Of a stretch of 37,346 nt of DNA, positions 1-8,398 are shown piece by piece. The notes below the pieces were generated by a model, which saw only the letters and a list, made by a program, of their open reading frames with translations, was not told the origin of the DNA and searched no databases. Both the position numbers and the translations under genes were made by a program. The DNA comes from Promethearchaeota archaeon. GTDB lineage: Archaea; Asgardarchaeota; Lokiarchaeia; Sigyniarchaeales; SOKP01. The stretch lies in contig JAEOTS010000081.1 of assembly GCA_016839745.1 (NCBI GenBank), positions 1-37,346 of the forward strand, written 5' to 3'. Each line of letters opens with the position of its first letter. Positions within the stretch are counted from its first letter, which is position 1.

Positions 1-1527
1 ACTGGAGAAATAGGTGTTTGTTTAGGAACAGCAGGACCCGGAGTAACTCATCTGATTCCAGCTGTTGCTGCGGCATATGCTGATTCGATACCAATGTTGG
101 TAATTGGTGCTCAAGTTGGTAGAATGTTTGACAATATTGGAATATTACAAGGAGATTTAGACCAAATGAGTCTAATGAAACCTATTACAAAATTACAAGT
201 TTCTATAGAAGATCCATATGAAATACCACATGCTATTCAAAGATGTATAAGAACTGCTATGACTGGAAGAAGAGGCCCTGTTTTTCTTGAATTAAGGGAA
301 ACAGCATTAGTTAGAGATGCTACAGGGGTTGGTCAAAAAGAAATTTTAGATCCAGAACAATACCGCCCAGAATATAGACCTGCTGGAAATATAGAATGCA
401 TAATAAAGGCGGTAGAAATTTTAAAGAATGCTGATAAACCTTTAATTGTAGCTGGTGGCGGTATCAATGCTTCAGAAGCTTTTAATGAGGTAAGTAAGTT
501 ATCAGAAACATATAATATTCCTGTTGGAACAACTTTAAGTGGTATAGGAGTAGTAACAACGGATAAAACATTTGTAGGGGGAAAATTGACTGCAATGGCT
601 TATAGAAGAGCTGCTATTGAAGCAAATGTAGTTCTCTCTCTTGGTTGTAAATGGGATCATACGATTCTTTACGGAGCTTCCCCAATTTGGAATCAAGATC
701 AAAAACTCATCCAAGTTGATATAGACCCAACTGAAATTGGTAAAAATAGACCTGTAAACGTTGCTATTGTTGGAGATGCTAAAGCTGTTATTAATCAATT
801 ATTAGAAGAAATGGAAAAGAATCTTCCTAAAGAAAAAGTAACTGAATGGTCTCAATGGAATGAATATTTGCAGGATGTAAGAAAAAATGATAAACATCAA
901 TTAGAAAAAATGTTAAAATCTAATAAATTACCTATGAAACCTCACAGACTTGTGTATGAAGTACTAGATTTCATACCAGATGATACACAATTAGTCATCG
1001 ATGGGGGAGATATTTATGTTTTTTCATTGGATTTAATAAGTCTTAAACCACGCCCACCACGAAGTTTTTATCGCTCTATTTCGATGGGTCATTTAGGTAC
1101 CGGGATTCCGTATGCTATTGGCGCACAAATGGCTAAACCAGATAAATTAGTCGTTTGTATTACTGGAGATGGTAGCTTTATGTTTAATATACAAGAATTG
1201 GAAACAGCAGTAAGGTTAAATCTACCTATAATTACTATAATCGGAAATAATTGTTCTTGGGGGATGATTAAATCTGCTCAGAAACTTAATCTTGGAAAAA
1301 GATACTGTGATGTAGATTTTCCACCAATAAATTATTCTGAAATTGCTCGTAGTTTTGGGTGTTACGGAGAAAAAATTGATAAACCAGAAGATATAAAACC
1401 GGCATTACAACGAGCGATTAACTCAAAAAAACCAGCTGTACTCGATGTTGATATAGCTTTTGAAACGCCCTCAGCAATGAAATTACTAGGCCTGTATAAA
1501 AAGAATAAAGGCTTATTTGGAAAATAA
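1..1527 (+). CDS. Thiamine-diphosphate-dependent enzyme (acetolactate synthase large subunit-like / 2-hydroxyacyl-CoA lyase-like), 5'-truncated
   Basis: Frame is open from base 1 (TGEIGVCLGTAGPGVTHLIPAVAAAYADSIPM), so ATG 94 is internal. ThDP motif GDGSFMFNIQELETAVRLNLPIITIIGNN; QVDIDPTEIGKN and GHLGTGIPYAIGA segments. Confidence 0.9.
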   Translation, partial: TGEIGVCLGTAGPGVTHLIPAVAAAYADSIPMLVIGAQVGRMFDNIGILQGDLDQMSLMKPITKLQVSIEDPYEIPHAIQRCIRTAMTGRRGPVFLELRETALVRDATGVGQKEILDPEQYRPEYRPAGNIECIIKAVEILKNADKPLIVAGGGINASEAFNEVSKLSETYNIPVGTTLSGIGVVTTDKTFVGGKLTAMAYRRAAIEANVVLSLGCKWDHTILYGASPIWNQDQKLIQVDIDPTEIGKNRPVNVAIVGDAKAVINQLLEEMEKNLPKEKVTEWSQWNEYLQDVRKNDKHQLEKMLKSNKLPMKPHRLVYEVLDFIPDDTQLVIDGGDIYVFSLDLISLKPRPPRSFYRSISMGHLGTGIPYAIGAQMAKPDKLVVCITGDGSFMFNIQELETAVRLNLPIITIIGNNCSWGMIKSAQKLNLGKRYCDVDFPPINYSEIARSFGCYGEKIDKPEDIKPALQRAINSKKPAVLDVDIAFETPSAMKLLGLYKKNKGLFGK

Positions 1528-1550
1528 AATCTAGTGAAAAGGGAAATATT

Positions 1551-2360
1551 ATGTCTGAAGAAAAATTTTTAGATGGTAAAGTAGCTCTCATAACTGGAGC
1601 TGGAAGCGGATTTGGAAGAGAAATGGCATTGTCTTTTGCCAGTAAAGGTGCAGATTTGGTTTTAAATGATATCAATTTGGAAGGTCTTGAGGAAACTCGA
1701 GACATGATTCTAAAATCTGAAAAATCTGATGTCTTATTGGTGAAGGCAGATATTTCTAAGATTGATGAAGTCAAAGAAATGAGGAAAAAAGCCTTTATCC
1801 ACTTTAACAATTTATATATTTTGGTAAATAATGCAGGTGTTAGAGGAGTGGGAAAAAGAGCAAGCAGTTTTTCACTAAGTTCCAAAGAATCCGAATATGA
1901 CAGAATAATGGATGTCAATTTGAAAGGTGCATGGAATATGACTAGAGTATTTTCTAAAAAAATGAAAAATCAGTCTTATAGACCAATCGCGGGAAAGATT
2001 ATTAATATTACATCTTGTGCCGGAACTGATTGCGGATCAAACCCGCTTATAGGCCTATATAGCGTAAGCAAAGCAGGTCTCATTATGTTCACTAAAATAT
2101 GGGCTCTTGAGCTAGGAGCTAGTCATATCACCGTAAACGCTATCTGTCCAGGTATTTTTTTCACCCCAATATATGAAAGTCGAGAATTTATTAAGGAATG
2201 GATGAAATTAAGAAATGTCTCACTTCCAATTGATAGGATTGGGGAAACAACCGATGTTGCAGATGTTGCCCTGTTTTTAACTTCACCAGCAGCAGATTAT
2301 ATTACTGGACAAAATATAATCATCGATGGCGGAATGACAATATCAATCAATAAATTATAA
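1551..2360 (+). CDS. Short-chain dehydrogenase/reductase (FabG-like)
   Basis: TGAGSGFG Rossmann motif, NNAG, catalytic YSVSK, C-terminal YITGQNIIIDGG. Confidence 0.93.
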   Translation: MSEEKFLDGKVALITGAGSGFGREMALSFASKGADLVLNDINLEGLEETRDMILKSEKSDVLLVKADISKIDEVKEMRKKAFIHFNNLYILVNNAGVRGVGKRASSFSLSSKESEYDRIMDVNLKGAWNMTRVFSKKMKNQSYRPIAGKIINITSCAGTDCGSNPLIGLYSVSKAGLIMFTKIWALELGASHITVNAICPGIFFTPIYESREFIKEWMKLRNVSLPIDRIGETTDVADVALFLTSPAADYITGQNIIIDGGMTISINKL

Positions 2361-2374
2361 TTTTTGATTTTTTT
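2361..2374 (+). terminator. Putative archaeal oligo-T terminator
   Basis: TTTTTGATTTTTTT directly after the SDR stop, between convergent genes. Confidence 0.35.
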
Positions 2375-2415
2375 AAAACTATACAAATAAATAGGAGAAA
2401 AAGCTTTTAGTTATT

Positions 2416-3000
2416 CTATTTACCACGACCTTTTTTCGCTCCTAAACTCGGTCTTGTCTTTTCAGATCCCCATCCTTTCTTATGCAAACCTCTAGCTCTA
2501 TGACCCGCAGAAGTTAATCCCCGAGTAACTCTTCTAGTGTGTTGAGGTTCGCAAATCCAATTAATTTTTGGATCAGATTTGATTACGGGGTGATTTGGGT
2601 CGACCATAATAACTTCGTAATACCAACTCCTTCCGTCGGCATATACTTTATAGCTATTCAATACCTCTAAATTTGGGTATTTCCGTTGTACGCGTTCTTC
2701 TGCAACCCATTGTAAATTTTTACCGGTTGTGTACTTAGAGACCCCCATAGCTCTGGGTTTTCTTCCTCGTTTCGGTCGGACTTTATGCATTCCGCCTTTT
2801 CTGATTCTGGCTCGAACGATGACGTACCCTTGTTTAGCTTTATAACCAAGGGTTCGTGCTCTATGTAATTTAGTTGGTCTTTCGACGCGTTCAATCGATT
2901 TTCCTTTTCGATATTCAATTCCTCTTTCCCAGTGAGTTGTTTTGTAACCAGTTTCGTGTTTTTCGAATGTGTCCTTCACATGACTATATCCAGACTTCAT
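2416..3000 (-). CDS. rpl15e: 50S ribosomal protein L15e
   Basis: [41 protein letters not shown] and RGLTSAG are diagnostic eL15 motifs. Confidence 0.97.
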   Translation of the reverse strand: MKSGYSHVKDTFEKHETGYKTTHWERGIEYRKGKSIERVERPTKLHRARTLGYKAKQGYVIVRARIRKGGMHKVRPKRGRKPRAMGVSKYTTGKNLQWVAEERVQRKYPNLEVLNSYKVYADGRSWYYEVIMVDPNHPVIKSDPKINWICEPQHTRRVTRGLTSAGHRARGLHKKGWGSEKTRPSLGAKKGRGK

Positions 3001-3155
3001 GATTTAGGCAATCTCTAATTTTGTAATAAATAATGAAATCAAGTAAAATTAATTAATTTTATTATTTTATCGTCTTTTTGGATCGTGAATAATTTTATAA
3101 TTTCACTCTGATTTTTATAAGTAACACACCCTCAAATATTTTTCTACAGGAAAAC

Positions 3156-3644
3156 ATGAAAATGGAAGAACAAAAGAAATCAGATTTAAAGAAGAATTTG
3201 ATTGTTACCGACGAGGATGGTTTGAAAATCGCATATGATAAAATGGAACTTAAGCGCCAATTTCCTCAATTAATGCGGGAATTATCTGAAAAGAAGAAAT
3301 CTCTAAAGATAAAGGGTGTTGATTATGAAATTGAACAAGCAAAAGAAGAACTTAAAGCAAGTCAAGATACTAATTATTGCGAAGACTTACTTAATCCCGG
3401 TGCAATTGATTTTATTAGGCGGTGTACAGATAAGGAAGATGCTTTAGAGATTTTAGATTATCTTATAGAAAGAAATGAGTTAACCGTCCAAGATTATAAC
3501 GCGTTAAAAAATCGTATAAAAGAAGAGGGTGGGTTAGAGAAGTTAATAACAGAATGCGGCGGATTAAAAACACCGGGATATTACGAAAGGAAGTTTCCAA
3601 GGAAAATAAATATATTGAATAATAAAAATGAGAATTTAGATTGA
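3156..3644 (+). CDS. DUF2095 family conserved archaeal protein
   Basis: NPGAIDFIRRCTDKEDALEILDYLIERNEL and C-terminal KTPGYY match the family pattern. Confidence 0.75.
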   Translation: MKMEEQKKSDLKKNLIVTDEDGLKIAYDKMELKRQFPQLMRELSEKKKSLKIKGVDYEIEQAKEELKASQDTNYCEDLLNPGAIDFIRRCTDKEDALEILDYLIERNELTVQDYNALKNRIKEEGGLEKLITECGGLKTPGYYERKFPRKINILNNKNENLD

Positions 3645-3719
3645 TGATGAACTTATGACAATTGAAAGAGCTATTGCTCATAGCGATGACGTTGTCGCCC
3701 CAAACTGAAATTCAAATTC
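3632..3719 (+). ncRNA. Box C/D 2'-O-methylation guide sRNA; predicted D-guide target is the 23S P-loop G2251 equivalent
   Basis: C box ATGATGA 3644-3650, D' TTGA 3662-3665, C' GCGATGA 3683-3689, D box CTGA 3705-3708. Terminal stem GAATTT/AAATTC. D-guide TGTCGCCCCA pairs with the conserved UGGGGCGGCA. Overlaps the upstream stop codon. Confidence 0.8.
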
Positions 3720-3722
3720 GAT

Positions 3723-3977
3723 TTAAGAGTTGGATTCGATTTTTTCCTTAAAACTTAAACCTTTATTAGTTAAGAAATAGCCATCATTTTTTTTTATAAT
3801 GAGTTTTAACTCCAATAGTACCGGAACTCTTCCTTTAATACATGCCATGGGAAGTCCCGAGAACATCTTCATGGTTTCAAAATCTTTTGCTCCCTTATCA
3901 ATAGCAAAAAAAATATCCACGCCCATGTTTCCAAGTAAACATTTTAGTTCTTGAAGGGATTCGTCTTCTTTGCTCAT
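3723..3977 (-). CDS. Small winged helix-turn-helix protein
   Basis: 84 aa; helix-turn-helix followed by a typical wing ending LIIKKNDGYFLTNKGLSF; 6 bp downstream of the longin-domain gene. Confidence 0.65.
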   Translation of the reverse strand: MSKEDESLQELKCLLGNMGVDIFFAIDKGAKDFETMKMFSGLPMACIKGRVPVLLELKLIIKKNDGYFLTNKGLSFKEKIESNS

Positions 3978-3983
3978 ATCTTC

Positions 3984-5144
3984 TTAATCTCCTTTTGGTT
4001 TATATTTTTTTGCTATAACCGGTTTAGATTCTTTCGGTAACGATTTTCTTAAATATTCGGGAAAAGCAGTAGATATTTGAATATTAGTTTTTAAAAAGAT
4101 ATAACGCTCGTTTTTGTATTTTAATTCTTCAATAACATCATGTTTTTTTAGGAAAGAAAGCGAGGAATTTAAATGATCTAAAGCTCGTTTCGAGACTAAT
4201 TTTGGTAATTTGTCTTTGGAGATTAATCCACTTCTTAATTCTGAAAGGAGATTGTATTTTTTGGGGTCTGATACGATTTGAAATAAAGTGAATGAATCTT
4301 CCTCTAACTCTTCCTTACTGTTATTTTCATAGATGCTAAAATATTCTTGAACTTTGGGAAGTAGTAGCTCTATTAATTCGAGCTCGATTAAATCGGGATT
4401 TTCATCAATATATTCAATTACGCTGTCGGGAGGAATTCTTTCAGCATTCACTTCTTTTAAAAGTAACACATATTTTTCGACAATTCCGATTTGATTGATA
4501 AAAATAAATTGTTTTGAAACCAGTGTATCGATTAGCTCTTTAAAATCTAACTTTGGAAATGTATCATTATACCATTCTCTTAATCCATCTATTGCAATTG
4601 GACCTTTTGACAATTTTTTTAACGTTAGGAATATGAATTTTTTATTCAATAAAGTAGCAATTTTCTCTTCTTCGCTCCTTTCTCTTGTGTCTTCAAGTGC
4701 CGCCCAGTACAATTCTTTAACCCATAATTTTATCAACGAGTTGTTTTTATAGATAAGGTCCTTGTCGGGTTCATCAAAATTATTTATATCGTTAATGTAA
4801 AATGCTGTATAAATCTCTTCATTAGATAAGAGTTTTTCTAAAAATTCTGTACATAATACATTTACACTTTGTTCAATTTCGGAATTAATTTGTTGGTCAA
4901 AAATTATGGAAACCATTAACATTTCTTTATTCCCACGAGCCCAATCTGAATGGATTTCGAAGTAATAATTATTTGAGTTGTTTTTTTCAAAAGAATGAGT
5001 AAAGAATCCTTCGCTAACCGTTTGGTCCATTATGTTTGCTATTCTGGCTGAAAGTTGTTCGTCTAGCATATTCTCCGGATAGGAATAGAACACTAAAGGG
5101 CCTATTTTTCGATGGAAATACGATAAAGCTACAATTGGTTTCAA
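3984..5144 (-). CDS. Longin/uDENN-like domain protein with C-terminal winged-helix-like domains
   Basis: N-terminus IVALSYFHRKIGPLVFYSYPE resembles the hhhxxFHxxxGPxhxxxxP start of uDENN/NPR2 longin domains; two later wHTH-like segments; TTG start after GGAG. Confidence 0.6.
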   Translation of the reverse strand: MKPIVALSYFHRKIGPLVFYSYPENMLDEQLSARIANIMDQTVSEGFFTHSFEKNNSNNYYFEIHSDWARGNKEMLMVSIIFDQQINSEIEQSVNVLCTEFLEKLLSNEEIYTAFYINDINNFDEPDKDLIYKNNSLIKLWVKELYWAALEDTRERSEEEKIATLLNKKFIFLTLKKLSKGPIAIDGLREWYNDTFPKLDFKELIDTLVSKQFIFINQIGIVEKYVLLLKEVNAERIPPDSVIEYIDENPDLIELELIELLLPKVQEYFSIYENNSKEELEEDSFTLFQIVSDPKKYNLLSELRSGLISKDKLPKLVSKRALDHLNSSLSFLKKHDVIEELKYKNERYIFLKTNIQISTAFPEYLRKSLPKESKPVIAKKYKPKGD

Positions 5145-5296
5145 TTAATGACTCTCCACTTAATTTTCTATTGTGGTTTTCTTTAAATTTTTAATAGTTT
5201 TACCTAGAATAAATTAATATTAAAGGTTATATATTCATAAAAATAAATAAATTTATTTTAATTAAATGAAATTCGAAGGTTTTCCCTAGAAAAACT

Positions 5297-6052
5297 ATGA
5301 GCCCTATAAAACTTGTAGGATTTGACCTTGACGATTGTCTCTATAATTCAACCGGTCTTTCTCAAATAGCAAGAATTAAGGGCATCGATGCAATGATAAG
5401 TTTAGGTTTAAAAATTGAGCGACAAAAAGCATTATTATTAATAGAAGAAATTGTAACTGAATATGGATCTAATTCTTCGAAACATTATGATTACTTTATT
5501 AGGAGATTAAACCAATATGAAAAATACAGTATTTCTTTTAACGAACAAGTTAGATATGTAGCAGCAGCTGTAATGGCTTACCACGCTCAAAAAATAAAAC
5601 ATATTCAATTGTACGATGATGTTAAAAAATGTTTAGAAAAGCTTAAAGAAAACTCGATAAAAACAGCGATAATTACTGATGGAATCCCTATTAAGCAATA
5701 CGAAAAGATTTTACGGCTTGGAATCGACGATTTAATTGACTTGGTTGTAATATCTGATGAAATAGGGATTAGAAAACCTAATCCAAAGTTGTTTTCGTAT
5801 TGTTTAACCAAATTTAAAGTCAAAGGATACGAAACCATATATGTCGGGGATAATATATATAAGGACATAGTCCCCGCAAAACTAAATGAAATTCATAGCG
5901 TCTATATTCATCGTGGAGGAAAATATGATACAAATACAACAGGCGAAGAAATTGCGAAAGAAAATAAACCTGACTATGAAATTTATAAGTTGGATGAACT
6001 TTTCGATATTATTAATGACCTCAATAAAAAATTTTATATTGGTAAAGTTTAA
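5297..6052 (+). CDS. HAD superfamily hydrolase (TIGR02253-like)
   Basis: Motif I FDLDDCL, motif II ITDG, motif III KPNP, motif IV VGDNIYKDI. Confidence 0.92.
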   Translation: MSPIKLVGFDLDDCLYNSTGLSQIARIKGIDAMISLGLKIERQKALLLIEEIVTEYGSNSSKHYDYFIRRLNQYEKYSISFNEQVRYVAAAVMAYHAQKIKHIQLYDDVKKCLEKLKENSIKTAIITDGIPIKQYEKILRLGIDDLIDLVVISDEIGIRKPNPKLFSYCLTKFKVKGYETIYVGDNIYKDIVPAKLNEIHSVYIHRGGKYDTNTTGEEIAKENKPDYEIYKLDELFDIINDLNKKFYIGKV

Positions 6053-6870
6053 TGGTTCAAATCACATGTATTCAGCCAGAAGTTTTTCAAGAAAATAACA
6101 AATGTTATACAGAAATAGAAGAAATATTAAAGAATTTCTTTTCTAAATACAATTCTTGCGATATTATTTGTTTGCCTGAAAGATGGATACCATTAACGAA
6201 TGAGAAAAAAATAAATGTTCAAGAGGAAAGAGGGAAGAATTATCAATTCATTAAAAAACTTGCAAAAGAATATAGCGTCGGAATAATCTCTGGAGCCATT
6301 TGGGAAAAGAGGGAAGCTTCTATTAAACCGAGGATCACGAGTTATTTTTTTGATGATACTGGTGAAGAGATAGGTAGACAAGATAAAATCCATTTATATT
6401 CTTATGAAAGAAAAAATTTCCAACCAGGAGAAGATTTAATTATGTTTTCCTTTAAAAATATCTGCTTCGTAATTTTAATTTGTTTTGATATGGCTTTTTT
6501 TGAAACTCCGAGGTTAGCTGCAGAAAACGGTGCCGATATATTATTCTCTCCTACGCAAATTAGAGCAGAAGGCATTGAAAATTGGGAAAGTTATTTAAAA
6601 GCTCGAGCTCTTGAAAATAGAATTCCGGTTGTAGCATGCAATACTTATGGACAAATATTAAAAAGTAAATTTCCCGGGAATAGTAAAATAATCTCATTTA
6701 TCAAAGATTTTATTTCACCTTCAAAATTAAGAATTATTGAAGGTCCTATTAACTCAAGTGGATATGCATTTGATGAGTTTGATTTGCTCTTCCCAAAAAA
6801 GCTAAGAAAGTTGCGTTTTAAGGAGATTATCGAAAAGAGTGAAATTAATGTAAAAAAAGCAGGCTTCTAA
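6052..6870 (+). CDS. Carbon-nitrogen hydrolase (nitrilase superfamily)
   Basis: E-K-C triad contexts CLPE, DKIHL and ICFD; ARALEN motif; TAATG overlap with the HAD gene. Confidence 0.9.
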   Translation: MVQITCIQPEVFQENNKCYTEIEEILKNFFSKYNSCDIICLPERWIPLTNEKKINVQEERGKNYQFIKKLAKEYSVGIISGAIWEKREASIKPRITSYFFDDTGEEIGRQDKIHLYSYERKNFQPGEDLIMFSFKNICFVILICFDMAFFETPRLAAENGADILFSPTQIRAEGIENWESYLKARALENRIPVVACNTYGQILKSKFPGNSKIISFIKDFISPSKLRIIEGPINSSGYAFDEFDLLFPKKLRKLRFKEIIEKSEINVKKAGF

Positions 6871-7040
6871 AAGATTTATTACTGTATTCCTAAATTTTAA
6901 TTATAAGATTTTATATTTTTTCTTGTCGGTTAACAATACTAATTATTTATTAAATTTTAGATCCAATGATCCCTCCCCCTCTCGGGGGGTTTAAATATGA
7001 AAAGTAAAATTAAAAGTAAAAAATTAAAAAAAAATTAATT

Positions 7041-8234
7041 ATGATATCAGCACCAAAGATCAATAGTAGTTTTGCAGGCCCTCGAGCGTTGTTTGATCAA
7101 TCTTATATCCCACCTCAAATTCTCTATAGAAAAAACGAAGAAAAGGCTCTTTTTTCAATTCTAAAAGACTCGTATATAGATGGATTTTGTTTAAATATAT
7201 TATATCAAGGGATTCAGGGAATCGGAAAGAAAGTTATAATAAATAAAGTTATTAGGGACTTGTCGCTTTTAAACCCTGAGCTCTTAAACATCCGTAAGGC
7301 TTACATAGATTGCAGGGATAAAAATTTAGAGGAAATAATTATTTCTCTACTTACTGAAATTGGGTTTCATCAGAATATTAATTTCAATTTTAAGAGTATT
7401 ATAAACTCTAATATATCTGATCTATGGAACATCTTTAAATTAACCTGTAAAAAAGCTGACCACAATCTTTTATTTGTTTTCAATAATATTGAGCATTTAA
7501 AACCAGAATTTATTAAGAAATTTCTTCAATATGGCAAAGAAACCAATATTAGCTTAGTATCTACTGGAAATCAAGTTTTAAAATCCTCTACTCTAGATGT
7601 TTTAAGCGAATTCGACATTAAAAAGAAGTTAAATTATTTCTCATATAACGAACTTCACGATATTATAAAACAGAGAATCTCATTAACTTTTAAACATGAA
7701 GTAGATAAAGAATTGATAGAATTTATAACAGATTTAATTTTTGAGCATCATGTTCCTGTACCCGGAAAAGGAATCGAAATTCTTAGAGATCTTTATCCAT
7801 TTTTAAGTAAACAAGTAGAATTGAACCACCTAGAGATCTTTGAAATACTTCAAAGCCAGTTTGAAACTTTACAAATTTCAGACGAATTTAGCATGCTATC
7901 ATACATTTCTGAAGCAGAACTTTTAACTATAATATATCTTGATAATTTATCCAATTATTTCTTAAAAAAATCCAACTTTTATATAACAATAAAGGAATTA
8001 AAAGAATTATATTATGTTTCATGTGAATCCATCAATTTTGAAAAAAGTGAAGAGGAGTTTAAACATCTAATTACAACTTTACGCAATTTAGGAATAATAA
8101 ACGCTTCAAGAAAAAATCTCATCAAGAATTTCAGATATTTCAACGAAAACATATTAAATTATAATTTCTACTTTATGGTGATTAATCCCCAAAATCTAAA
8201 GCACATTGTGGATGCGATTTTTAATAAGCATTAA
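7041..8234 (+). CDS. Divergent, probably ATPase-inactive Cdc6/Orc1-family protein
   Basis: N-terminal LFDQSYIPPQILYRKNE, YIDC and FSYNELHDIIKQR (YxxxELxxILxxR type) motifs; C-terminal wHTH. Walker A GIQGIGKK and Walker B LFVFNNIE are degenerate. Confidence 0.8.
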   Translation: MISAPKINSSFAGPRALFDQSYIPPQILYRKNEEKALFSILKDSYIDGFCLNILYQGIQGIGKKVIINKVIRDLSLLNPELLNIRKAYIDCRDKNLEEIIISLLTEIGFHQNINFNFKSIINSNISDLWNIFKLTCKKADHNLLFVFNNIEHLKPEFIKKFLQYGKETNISLVSTGNQVLKSSTLDVLSEFDIKKKLNYFSYNELHDIIKQRISLTFKHEVDKELIEFITDLIFEHHVPVPGKGIEILRDLYPFLSKQVELNHLEIFEILQSQFETLQISDEFSMLSYISEAELLTIIYLDNLSNYFLKKSNFYITIKELKELYYVSCESINFEKSEEEFKHLITTLRNLGIINASRKNLIKNFRYFNENILNYNFYFMVINPQNLKHIVDAIFNKH

Positions 8235-8275
8235 TATATTTTAAAGCCAATAAACTACGCACAGCAGAATTAGAA

Positions 8276-8303
8276 TTTTCATGGATATATGAAAAACTTA
8301 TAA
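8276..8303 (+). promoter_or_regulatory. Candidate smc promoter: inverted repeat overlapping a BRE/TATA-like element
   Basis: TTTTCAT-N6-ATGAAAA (8276-8295) runs into GAAAAA-CTTATAA (8291-8303). Confidence 0.35.
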
Positions 8304-8398
8304 CTAAAACCTTATTTTTTTAAATGCTGAGTAAGTATATATATAGATGAAATTACTCTTTAATTTTATAATAGGATGAAGAAATGGCGATTTAAAAA

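Noticed and set aside
3463-3681. 72-aa minus-strand ORF over the DUF2095 end
   Set aside because: The region is better explained by DUF2095 plus the box C/D sRNA on the plus strand.
6871-7040. Replication origin call next to the cdc6-like gene
   Set aside because: No repeated ORB (TCCA-N-TGGA type) elements; retained only as a low-interest hairpin observation.
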